Origin: Candidatus Jorgensenbacteria bacterium
Lineage (GTDB): Bacteria; Patescibacteriota; Minisyncoccia; UBA6257; GWB1-50-10
DNA length: 64,000 nucleotides
NCBI GenBank assembly: GCA_011050075.1
Contig: DRGK01000012.1
Coordinates: 771 to 64,770, forward strand
Reading direction: 5' to 3'
This document shows, one piece after another, positions 44,147-52,897 of this stretch (its first letter is position 1; the number at the start of each line of letters is the position of its first letter). The translations under genes and the position numbers were made by a program. The notes below the pieces were generated by a model, which made no database searches, was not told the DNA's origin, and worked only from the letters and a program-made list of their open reading frames with translations.

Positions 44147-45298
44147 TTAAGGGACAGGATTTAGGATTATTCTGTACAACCCTTGATCATACCGGTTTAT
44201 AAAATAAATCTTTCCGCCGAAGACCTTAACAGCCTCAGCGTCTATCGCTGAGATGCTGCTGGTATTACTATTGAGAATTAAGCTGATTTTGTTTGAGGCC
44301 CTATCAATGGTGTAAAAACTATCAATGGTGTAAAAACGTTTTTGAAAATAATCATCTGGCATTTGTGTGTTAGGAAGTTCTGGTGGAAACTCTTGTGGTG
44401 AAAAACAGTATATGTATGAATCTCCAACACCGCATTTTGAGGGAAGTGAAGCAAAGAATACAGGAATAATATTAGCAAGGTCTCGGTTAAGAATAAAAAA
44501 CTGAGATGGTAGGCTGAACTTAAATACTATATTGGCGTCCTGCACCCACTTTGTGATAATGCCTCGTTCGGGCGCCATCAATAATTTAAGATCCAGCGTG
44601 TCTAAAGTAAGTTGCCAGACGCGACTTGCATAGAACGACGCCGGTTTTTCTTTAATAATAAGTATATTAGGAGACAGGTATGTAAAAACAACATCATAAA
44701 GCTGGAAATTATTCACAAGCGTTTCGTAAGCGCCCACTGTTTCGCCTGATAATATTTTTGAAAGGTCAATGCGGGACAGGTAAAGGCTGTCGCTGTCCTG
44801 TACAATGCCGATAAGTTTGTTGCTATTCTCTCCCCACATTGCGTATGTTGCCGGGAGTGCAAGAGGGCGCCAGACTTTATCAAGTACATCAAATATGCTC
44901 CAGTCGGGGTTTTTAGGATCGCCGAATGCAACAAGTATCTTTTTGCCGTCTGGGCTTATATCAATAAAATTTAGTGCGGTAATGGTTCGAGTTGATACGT
45001 CTGGATCAGGGCCCTTTTTAGCGTTCAAAACTTTCCCATCAAGCGTCAGATAGTAAACTTCACCGTCTCGCGGACTACTCCAGTAATCAAATACTAATAA
45101 CCCATCATCCGACAACTTAGTGAGCTGAAATGCAGGCGCAGACGGAGCTTCTTCCTCGCTGTCTTCAGGAGCAATAGGAAATTCTATGACAGGTCTTTCA
45201 GGGCGCTCAGGCGAAATCTTTTTCCATGCAAGAAAAAGCGCCAATATAACTACAAGAATTAAGCTGCCTATAAGAGCTATTTTATATATGGGTTTCAT
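44147..45298 (-). CDS. Membrane-anchored/secreted hypothetical protein (last gene of the secretion-like cluster)
   Basis: An N-terminal TM helix (IALIGSLILVVILALFLAW) precedes a large extracytoplasmic domain with repeat-like beta-rich segments. Confidence 0.4.
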   Translation of the reverse strand: MKPIYKIALIGSLILVVILALFLAWKKISPERPERPVIEFPIAPEDSEEEAPSAPAFQLTKLSDDGLLVFDYWSSPRDGEVYYLTLDGKVLNAKKGPDPDVSTRTITALNFIDISPDGKKILVAFGDPKNPDWSIFDVLDKVWRPLALPATYAMWGENSNKLIGIVQDSDSLYLSRIDLSKILSGETVGAYETLVNNFQLYDVVFTYLSPNILIIKEKPASFYASRVWQLTLDTLDLKLLMAPERGIITKWVQDANIVFKFSLPSQFFILNRDLANIIPVFFASLPSKCGVGDSYIYCFSPQEFPPELPNTQMPDDYFQKRFYTIDSFYTIDRASNKISLILNSNTSSISAIDAEAVKVFGGKIYFINRYDQGLYRIILNPVP

Positions 45299-45301
45299 TA
45301 T

Positions 45302-46114
45302 TTATAAACATTTTTTTAGACCTTGAAGACCAGGTTTTTTAAATTTTTCGTCCTCAACACTTATTTTATAAGCGTAAACAATACATTTTAGTTCCTCGAT
45401 CTGAGGAGTGCTTGTTGCGCCCGGGACCGTATTTTTTGGGTAATAAACCCATTGGTAGTAAATACCAGCTCCAACCGTAGGTTTTACAGCTGTATTCCAG
45501 TCCCCCCACTGGGTAGGACAGGGACTACTAATTTCGCTCCGATAACACTTCGGTATTTTCATATCACTGGACCACGTGACCGGCGAAGCACAATCACTCA
45601 TTATATCTTTAGGACAACCTGCTGTTAGACCATACCCAAGACCGGGAACACAACATTGCGGGGTCGCTTCAGGGTCATCGGGATCTTTTATGGGCCGTTT
45701 CCCCTCCCCACATTCGTTTTTGACAGGATTTTTTTCTCCGCAGGAATATATAGTAATCCCCTCTCCACCCGGTGGACTGAGATCTACCAGCTCGGGATTT
45801 ATAGTGTTTAGAATTGTGTAAGCGCCGAGGAGCAGTACCAAGCCCCACACAGCTGAGGTTATAATATCTTTTCCCTCACGCTGCTTATCTTGACTCCCTC
45901 CCGAGACCACGTAGTAAATAGCCCCAATAACTATCATTACTACGGCAGCAAGACCGGCAATAGCGACCGCTGACATATAGAAACTGTTAATATACTCAAC
46001 AATGTTTGTTGAACCCGCTTCAGGAAGCTCAAAAACTACGGGTTCTTGCGCCCACACGACAGTTAACGGGACAAGAAGAATAAACAGGAAAAAGAGAAAA
46101 ATTAGTTTTTTCAT
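45302..46114 (-). CDS. Pilin-like protein: a signal peptide, two adjacent hydrophobic helices, then a ~150-aa domain with 10 Cys
   Basis: The signal peptide is MKKLIFLFFLFILLVPLTVVWA. The TM pair is MSAVAIAGLAAVVMIVIGAIYYVV / IITSAVWGLVLLLGAYTIL (a VirB2/TrbC-type arrangement). The Cys-rich C-terminus follows. Confidence 0.4.
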   Translation of the reverse strand: MKKLIFLFFLFILLVPLTVVWAQEPVVFELPEAGSTNIVEYINSFYMSAVAIAGLAAVVMIVIGAIYYVVSGGSQDKQREGKDIITSAVWGLVLLLGAYTILNTINPELVDLSPPGGEGITIYSCGEKNPVKNECGEGKRPIKDPDDPEATPQCCVPGLGYGLTAGCPKDIMSDCASPVTWSSDMKIPKCYRSEISSPCPTQWGDWNTAVKPTVGAGIYYQWVYYPKNTVPGATSTPQIEELKCIVYAYKISVEDEKFKKPGLQGLKKCL

Positions 46115-46120
46115 AGATTT

Positions 46121-46813
46121 CTACCGTATCGTTAATCTAACATTTGACCTTGTTGTTTCAATCGAATTAAGGGAGTTTGACGTTATATTAGATATTAGAA
46201 CTTCCTCTCCTGATAAATAGGGGGAATCACCTATATCTAAAACAAGGCGATTACTTCTCTGCTTTGGCTGATTCTGATTATCAATGCTCCAGAAGAACTC
46301 GAAATTATCAAAAGAGACAACGTTGAAAAAATAAGGCACCGCATGGAAAACTATCTGCCTCTTTCTAAACACTATATTGTTAGGACTGGGCATTTCAATT
46401 ACCGTGCGCTGGCCTGAAACGGGAACCGTGAAAGAACCCTCGATTCTTTCTCCGTCTAAGTCAATGCTCATTCGTACAAAATACTCATCGCCGCGCAGCT
46501 TGTTGATTTTAAGTACTATTTCACTTAGTCCGCTGCCGCGACTGAAAAACCTTCCGTCTATATACCATATAAAATTTGCCTTAGAAGTATCTACAAACCT
46601 GTTGTTTCGTATAACGGTTGCTGAGATGACAATAGAGGTATTAATAGTGGCGGCTGCTTTGCCTGAGTAGTTTGACGGATAAAAATTATGGGCCTGCCAC
46701 GTGAAAATAACTTGTGGTGAGGGCGCCTGAGCGAACGCCATTGGTAGAAGGTAGCCAGCAACGAGAAGCCCGCAACAGACAGTAAATATTAATGTTTTAT
46801 GAAGTGTACTCAT
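46121..46813 (-). CDS. Secreted hypothetical protein
   Basis: An N-terminal signal/TM is present. Length is 230 aa. Confidence 0.4.
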   Translation of the reverse strand: MSTLHKTLIFTVCCGLLVAGYLLPMAFAQAPSPQVIFTWQAHNFYPSNYSGKAAATINTSIVISATVIRNNRFVDTSKANFIWYIDGRFFSRGSGLSEIVLKINKLRGDEYFVRMSIDLDGERIEGSFTVPVSGQRTVIEMPSPNNIVFRKRQIVFHAVPYFFNVVSFDNFEFFWSIDNQNQPKQRSNRLVLDIGDSPYLSGEEVLISNITSNSLNSIETTRSNVRLTIR

Positions 46814-47151
46814 TTTGCTGGTTTGACTACCGACCTTACCATTTTTTGCGCTAATTTAGGGTTATTGTGAAGTCTTGTTTCAATTATAAATGCGGCAAAC
46901 GTAGTAGGAACGAAAGGAAGTACATTTGAAAACTGTTTTATTAATTGCCGCTCCAGACCCATCGCTTTTTTACCTCCCTTGAACATCAACCATAATGTGG
47001 TGCTGAAGCTTGTTGCCGCCTGAAGTAGCGTAGCAATAAACCACCCTATGGCCGGGATAATGTCCAGCAATGCTGAGACAATATCTATTGAGAGCGTAAA
47101 CATTCCTCCGATAACCACCTCCGCTGTTGAAAATTTACTATGTTCGCCCAT
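46810..47151 (-). CDS. Small integral membrane protein, hypothetical
   Basis: 113 aa with 2-3 TM helices. It overlaps its neighbours by 4 nt. Confidence 0.4.
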   Translation of the reverse strand: MGEHSKFSTAEVVIGGMFTLSIDIVSALLDIIPAIGWFIATLLQAATSFSTTLWLMFKGGKKAMGLERQLIKQFSNVLPFVPTTFAAFIIETRLHNNPKLAQKMVRSVVKPAK

Positions 47152-47154
47152 AAT

Positions 47155-48912
47155 TTATTTTTGTTGTGATTTTTTCAACTCAAGTACCTGCTCGGGGTCC
47201 GTGGTAATTATCCGGTCTTCAGTATAAGAAGCTACTATTTTCATTGCAACGTGTTTAAGCCCTACAAAAAACAATCCCTCTCCTACACGCGCTTCTAATA
47301 AGAATGACTTCTCACTGTCAGTGAGACCGAAAGCGTCTCCGACTGCATTTATACTTGCAGGAGACTGTTTCATAAGCAATTGAAGTGAAGAATTGGTAAT
47401 AATAGGTTTTCCGTACTCCGAGTTAAAGAAATCCTCCACGTTTTGAGTGATAGTGGTAAGTCCAAGGTAGTATTTTCTAGCCCGTTTTGCCAGTCCGAAA
47501 AGAAATGCAGCGCTATATTTGTACTGCATCATCCACCACGCTTCATCTATAATGAGCAACCGGCGCTTGAGCTCAGAACGCACAAGCGTCCATACAAAAT
47601 TAAGCACAATATACATTGCGATAGGCCGCAACTCTTCTTCAAGGTCACGAATTGAAAACACGATGAAGCGATTGGATATATCAACATCCGTAGCATTATT
47701 TGTGAATCCGGCATACGAACCACGCACATATTTTTCCAAGCGCTGGGCAATTCCTTCCGCCCCTTCGGTATTCTGGAGAATGGTTTGCAAGTCTTCCAAG
47801 AGGGGCGGGTCAAGCTCCTTATTTGTACCAAAAGTTTCTGCAGTAATATCGCGTGCGGCGTATGTTTCAATGATTGCACGGTCGAGCAACGAATCTGCCT
47901 CCGGAGAAAGCTCTCCAACCATAAGTTTAATAAGTCCGGTGAGGTTTAAAACGTGCGATTTGAATACGTTCGCCGGATCCTCGTCTTCCGGGATAAGCGG
48001 TATGTCAAACGGGTTAATGTTATGCGGCGAAGTGAGTGATATCTTGAAAAAACTGCCACCAACGGCATTCGCGAGATTTTGATACTCATTTTCCGGGTCA
48101 ATAACAATAACGTCGGTGCCCATCATGAGCGTTCGCAGTATTTCTAGTTTTGTTGCGTACGACTTTCCGGCGCCTGACTTGGCGAACACAACTTGATTTG
48201 CATTTGGTAGCGCAAAGCGATCGAAAATAATCAGCGAATTATTGTGCATATTGACTCCGTACAACACCCCCTCATCAGAGGTAAGGTTAGGGGACACAAA
48301 AGGAAAAAGAGAGGAAACGGGACCGGTATTGAGAGACGTATGTATGCTTAATTTATCTTGACCAACGGGGAGTACGGTAGTGAAGCCGTCCATTTGCCGA
48401 AAGAGCGCAGGTTTGATATACACTAGTTTTGCCTCAAGCGTGGAAATAATAACCTGCTCAAGCTTGTTGAGTTGTTCAATACTTGAGCCGTACACAGTCA
48501 TATATACTCCAACCTTAAAGAGCCGTTCAGTTCCTTGTTGGAGATCGTCGCGAAGTTTCTCCACGTCGCGATACGCGGTCTCAAGTCGAGGACTGCGCAC
48601 CAACCCCTTGTCTTGGCGTTCGGAGAGCTCTGCTTCTATGTGCGCCACTTTCTTTTGAAAGCCGCGTAGCGCGAGAGGAGTATCCATAGGATGTACGTGA
48701 ATACTGACGTCCATCATTTCGGCGAGGTTGATAATGGGAGAAAACCAACCGCTTGAGATATATCGCGGGTAGGTAAAAATAAAGAATGTTTTCGCAAAAT
48801 AATTACCCAACTTGATATGATTTGATGTTTCCTCAATTCCCGCTGGCGCAACGACATTAACAATATCCTCTTCTAAAGGCTTATTTGGCTGAGGTACTTT
48901 AATATCAGGCAT
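47155..48912 (-). CDS. VirB4/TrbE/CagE-like secretion ATPase (ATPase portion)
   Basis: The Walker A motif is FAKSGAGKSYATK. The Walker B motif LLIIDEAWWMM is the DEAW signature of VirB4-family ATPases. Length is 585 aa. Confidence 0.55.
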   Translation of the reverse strand: MPDIKVPQPNKPLEEDIVNVVAPAGIEETSNHIKLGNYFAKTFFIFTYPRYISSGWFSPIINLAEMMDVSIHVHPMDTPLALRGFQKKVAHIEAELSERQDKGLVRSPRLETAYRDVEKLRDDLQQGTERLFKVGVYMTVYGSSIEQLNKLEQVIISTLEAKLVYIKPALFRQMDGFTTVLPVGQDKLSIHTSLNTGPVSSLFPFVSPNLTSDEGVLYGVNMHNNSLIIFDRFALPNANQVVFAKSGAGKSYATKLEILRTLMMGTDVIVIDPENEYQNLANAVGGSFFKISLTSPHNINPFDIPLIPEDEDPANVFKSHVLNLTGLIKLMVGELSPEADSLLDRAIIETYAARDITAETFGTNKELDPPLLEDLQTILQNTEGAEGIAQRLEKYVRGSYAGFTNNATDVDISNRFIVFSIRDLEEELRPIAMYIVLNFVWTLVRSELKRRLLIIDEAWWMMQYKYSAAFLFGLAKRARKYYLGLTTITQNVEDFFNSEYGKPIITNSSLQLLMKQSPASINAVGDAFGLTDSEKSFLLEARVGEGLFFVGLKHVAMKIVASYTEDRIITTDPEQVLELKKSQQK

Positions 48913-48939
48913 ATGATTTGTGACGAGTAAAGAGAACTA

Positions 48940-49593
48940 TCATTCTTTTGTTTGTGATTCAGCTCTGCGACGCTCGATAAGTTGAGGATTGTAGAGATTG
49001 TAGTAGAGCTCTGTCAACTCATCATCATTAAGGGGGGTTGTGTGTAAGCCAATCTGCTCAAGTCCGGCGGTAACCTCGTCAACGCGATAGTTAAGCTGCT
49101 CAACATGTTTAGGGGCACCGTCTGTTACTTGCTTGTCTTTGTTTTGTTTTTTTGATTTTGAGAATAGCCCGAGAATATTCTTTTTTGCTTGCTCAACAAC
49201 CACAATGGGATCATATGGAATCACGACAAAGAAGTCTTTTGAGATGATAGGGTTTTTTTCGACGAATGAACTGATAAATTCACCATACTCTTCTATTTGC
49301 AGCTGAAGTAGTTCGTTTGGTTCTTCCACTTTCCGCGCTTCAATTTTTTCAAGGTATGCGCTGATATTTATCTTGCGTGAATGAACAAAGAACTGTATAG
49401 AGAAATCTAAAGCGTTCAGAAAGCTTTGAAAACTATTCAGTGTGAGTTGCTGCTCTTCTTGGGATTTGAGGTCAAAATTAATGCCATTTACCATTAATAC
49501 CTTACGCAAGCCACCTTGCTTGAGGTATAAAACACCGTTTTTAATTTCTTTTATAACAACAAATTGTTGCGATGCCGCTATCTGTTCAGCCAT
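48940..49593 (-). CDS. Hypothetical protein; possibly the separated N-terminal domain of the VirB4-like ATPase
   Basis: 217 aa, ending 24 nt upstream of the ATPase ORF. The combined length (~800 aa) equals a full-length VirB4. Confidence 0.3.
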   Translation of the reverse strand: MAEQIAASQQFVVIKEIKNGVLYLKQGGLRKVLMVNGINFDLKSQEEQQLTLNSFQSFLNALDFSIQFFVHSRKINISAYLEKIEARKVEEPNELLQLQIEEYGEFISSFVEKNPIISKDFFVVIPYDPIVVVEQAKKNILGLFSKSKKQNKDKQVTDGAPKHVEQLNYRVDEVTAGLEQIGLHTTPLNDDELTELYYNLYNPQLIERRRAESQTKE

Positions 49594-49636
49594 GGTTATT
49601 TCTATTGTACTTGTTTACCTGAATACTTTATAGGGT

Positions 49637-50152
49637 TTATGTATTTTCTTTATAGTCAACTCGTTTTGCAAGTCGCCTTTCGCCGGTGAGATAAGAAACA
49701 ACCTGATACTCATTTCTTTGCCCTCTTTGCTTATCTTTTTTCCTGAAAAGTGGAATGGCGCCAGTGGTAACGTTCAGTGCTGCGGTTTTTATCTTTTCCT
49801 GCAGGCTCATGTTTTGTCGCATGACGTGGATTCTTTCAGCGCTTGAGGCGTCTATAGTTACAGTTGGCAACTCTCGTTTCCATGCGTAGCGTTTAGGTTT
49901 CTGCCAGTACGTGAGTGCGGCGCCAATGAGTGATGGTAGGGGCAAGCCATTTATTTTTACGAACGCTAAACTTAAACCTACCGCACCGACAATTGCGGCA
50001 ATAAGAAAGGATAAAAAAGGAATATTTATAGTGTAGAACGCGAGAATACCTATAGCGGCCGCGCCGCCTATGTAGAAAAACTGAGTGAGCGTAAGCGGCC
50101 CAACAATTTTAGGTTTTTCTTCAATAAATTGTGGAACTTGAAACTGGGGCAT
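49637..50152 (-). CDS. Small 2-TM membrane protein in the VirB3/PrgI-like position upstream of VirB4
   Basis: 171 aa. The hydrophobic hairpin is IGGAAAIGILAFYTINIPFLSFLIAAIVGAVGLSLAF. Confidence 0.35.
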   Translation of the reverse strand: MPQFQVPQFIEEKPKIVGPLTLTQFFYIGGAAAIGILAFYTINIPFLSFLIAAIVGAVGLSLAFVKINGLPLPSLIGAALTYWQKPKRYAWKRELPTVTIDASSAERIHVMRQNMSLQEKIKTAALNVTTGAIPLFRKKDKQRGQRNEYQVVSYLTGERRLAKRVDYKENT

Positions 50153-50176
50153 GAAATAAGTTATAGGTGTTGGGTT

Positions 50177-51055
50177 TTAGGTATTAGTGTTACGAAGGTC
50201 AACGGTGTTTCCATCAAGTTTCGGTCCTCGTTCCTTTTTCTGCTTCGCAACCCCACCGCTTTTTAGTGAGGGCGACCGTTGCGTCCCTTGCTCACTTTTT
50301 TGTGGTGGGATGTTTTGATACGGTATAGCCCCTTTGCTCGCAGGACCGAGTTTAGTGAGGTCTATGAATCCTTCTCCCATCATACCACCCGGCACGGGCG
50401 TACGCAGTTCACTATAGTGAACCGTGTGACTACCTCCTTTCTTTTTTGGTGTAGTAATACGAGCGACAGGCGTCTCGCTTTTTATTACTCCTTTTTGTTT
50501 GAATATGCCGGGGGAAAGAATAAAACTTCTCCGCGGAGTTTTTGTTTTTGAAACAGAAACCCGCTCTTCTTGGTGGATGATCTTTGGTTCCTGCGACGTA
50601 ATTGGTGCCAGCGGAACAATTTCCTCCTCTTTTATTTTTGACACTCGTTCTTTGGTGACACCTTCCTTCTGGTAAGTCGTGGCTTTAGTTTTTTTAAGTG
50701 CGATACCTCCTTCTACGTCAATGAGGTCAATGTTAATATCCCAGTCGGAGAGGGACGCTTCTATTGGCTTCAGTATATTTTCTTTGAGCTCTATAGCAAT
50801 GGATTTTGCTTTTTCCGGTCCAATGGTGAGTTCTTGAGATATTGCATCAACGAATTCTGCCGCGTGAAGGTCTTTAACTTCTAATCGGAGAAGAAGCCGC
50901 GGAATAATACGAACCCGTTCTTCTCGAAGCCCCAGTTTTTCATTAAGCTCCATCATAAAGTAGGTGGTTTTCTCTGAACTAATCCAACTGCGGATATCCT
51001 CAGGGACTTCTTGGAGAGTATTCTGGAGAGAACTTTGTGCGAGTGTAATAGCCAT
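50177..51055 (-). CDS. Hypothetical cytoplasmic protein of the cluster
   Basis: 292 aa with no TM helices and a Lys/Pro-rich C-terminal half. Confidence 0.35.
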   Translation of the reverse strand: MAITLAQSSLQNTLQEVPEDIRSWISSEKTTYFMMELNEKLGLREERVRIIPRLLLRLEVKDLHAAEFVDAISQELTIGPEKAKSIAIELKENILKPIEASLSDWDINIDLIDVEGGIALKKTKATTYQKEGVTKERVSKIKEEEIVPLAPITSQEPKIIHQEERVSVSKTKTPRRSFILSPGIFKQKGVIKSETPVARITTPKKKGGSHTVHYSELRTPVPGGMMGEGFIDLTKLGPASKGAIPYQNIPPQKSEQGTQRSPSLKSGGVAKQKKERGPKLDGNTVDLRNTNT

Positions 51056-51057
51056 AG

Positions 51058-52890
51058 TTATGCTTGCAAATTAGGATTAGCTTGGATGAATTTCCTGTTC
51101 GCTCTAAGTTGTTTGCGTTCCTCGGCGGACAACTCTTTCTTGTTCATCTTTTTCTCTCCTTCTTCCCATCCTTTCTCCAGGGCTTCTTTTTGTTCTGGAG
51201 AGCCGTGTGAACTAATGCGCTTGAGTTGAGGATGTGAAAGACTAGTGAAGACCTCAGGATTTTTGAGTGCACCCTTGTCTATGTCTGCTGCCTTGTCTGC
51301 CCTAATACCGCTTACAGTTTCCTGAATAGTTGAGCCAAGTTGCTCTGCATAGTCGGGTCTGGTCGATAAGATGTTTTTTGATGTCCCGGTGTCACGTACG
51401 CCTTTGAATAACCTGTCTCGGCTTTCCGGGCTTATTTTATCCATCCGTCCGCGTTCAGCAAGCTCTGCCGCGGTTGCTGCAGCATTAATTGGATTAGCCA
51501 TAGGCCCTGCAAACCCTGCTCTATTGTCAAGATCTGCGTTCGTAATATTTCCAAGCCCTTTCTGACGTTCCTTAACAATATCAGCCAAGCCCGCCTTTGC
51601 TTTACCGATACGTTCAGCAGTTCCCCTGAACGCTCTTCCTACACCAGGAATTCGAGCAAGTCCGCCCGCCGCTCGCTCTGCAAAAGAGGTTGTTTCACCC
51701 CTTTCGTTGGTCTTGGTTCCTGCAGTGAGGGCTCTTCGGCCGAGCGCTCCACCAAGTGCTCCGGCGGCTCCAAGGGGAACTTTTGCTGCCCCAATCGCCT
51801 GTTTCTGAGCCCACTTCCGGCTCGTTTTACCTGCTCCTTGCGCCATCTTTATTGCCGCCCCAGCACCCGCAATACCCATTTTATTAGCCGCAATAAGCCC
51901 TCCCATAAGCAGTGCAGCAATGACCAACATTTGGGACCCCTGTCCCAGAACACCCCCAAGTTCGGGCTGTATATTGGGAATGCTTGACCTATCTGCAAGA
52001 GCCTCCGCGCTCGTAAGTGTAAGAAAGATGAAAAAAGATATTGCGGGCGCAAAGAATACCCATTTAAAGAAACTGCTCCACCAGTCATTAAAATATTTTG
52101 ATAGACCTGGAAGTATCCAGAATAACCACGTTATGGGAGCTAAAATAATAAGAAGTGATAGTATAATAAAACGAGCAAGGAGCATAAATGCGAGAGCAAA
52201 AAAGACAAATGCGGTGAGACCGGTAAAAATAACCGTAAAAACAGTTTTTGTAATATCCGTAATTGCTGCTTCACTGAAGAAAATACTTCCCCCCGCTTTT
52301 GCGCTGGAAGGATCAGGCGGAAGAGGGTCCTCACCCGCACCTGCGACACCCTCAAGATTAAGACGTTGCGGCTGAAACGCGCCGGTAATGACCGTAGAAA
52401 TGCTTGAGGTTTCCGCGCCGATTCTTTCTTTAAGAAAAAAATTTGTAAATACGTTGGAGAAATTGATGATAGTAATTGCTATAACGAAGCTGAAATTTAC
52501 GATGATAGCCGCGGCAATGAGCTTTGGGAGTAATTTCTTAGCTTCATACTCTTTGAAGCGAATAATCGTTGTGAAAGCAATAATGATTATTACTAAGACA
52601 AAACCAAGATTAGCAATATCTCGCACAATACCCCACCCAATCGTAATAAGAGTATTCTCATCGCTAAGGAAATCCATATTAAGACCGAAGGCTATATCAA
52701 CAAGTCCTCCCGCAAAAGAGAGGAGGATGCCGATAATGAAACCTGCGATCGCGCCGAGTATCTTAATAACAAAAGCAACGGTGTCACCGCCTATCTTGAA
52801 GAGCTGACCGTGTACCGGTTGCGGTAAGAGAAGAAGTAGTGCCAAGAGACCGAAGCCTATAGATGTCTTATTTTTTAGAAAACGGTTCAT
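51058..52890 (-). CDS. Polytopic membrane protein, VirB6/TrbL-like
   Basis: 610 aa with an N-terminal signal, at least 6 TM helices and a long Ala/Gly/Lys-rich cytoplasmic C-terminal tail. This architecture is typical of VirB6-family channel subunits. Confidence 0.4.
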   Translation of the reverse strand: MNRFLKNKTSIGFGLLALLLLLPQPVHGQLFKIGGDTVAFVIKILGAIAGFIIGILLSFAGGLVDIAFGLNMDFLSDENTLITIGWGIVRDIANLGFVLVIIIIAFTTIIRFKEYEAKKLLPKLIAAAIIVNFSFVIAITIINFSNVFTNFFLKERIGAETSSISTVITGAFQPQRLNLEGVAGAGEDPLPPDPSSAKAGGSIFFSEAAITDITKTVFTVIFTGLTAFVFFALAFMLLARFIILSLLIILAPITWLFWILPGLSKYFNDWWSSFFKWVFFAPAISFFIFLTLTSAEALADRSSIPNIQPELGGVLGQGSQMLVIAALLMGGLIAANKMGIAGAGAAIKMAQGAGKTSRKWAQKQAIGAAKVPLGAAGALGGALGRRALTAGTKTNERGETTSFAERAAGGLARIPGVGRAFRGTAERIGKAKAGLADIVKERQKGLGNITNADLDNRAGFAGPMANPINAAATAAELAERGRMDKISPESRDRLFKGVRDTGTSKNILSTRPDYAEQLGSTIQETVSGIRADKAADIDKGALKNPEVFTSLSHPQLKRISSHGSPEQKEALEKGWEEGEKKMNKKELSAEERKQLRANRKFIQANPNLQA

Positions 52891-52897
52891 TTATTTA

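Noticed and set aside
47519-48082. 187-aa plus-strand ORF and similar ORFs at 51920-52375 and 52388-52807
   Set aside because: They are antisense to the VirB4-like and VirB6-like genes.
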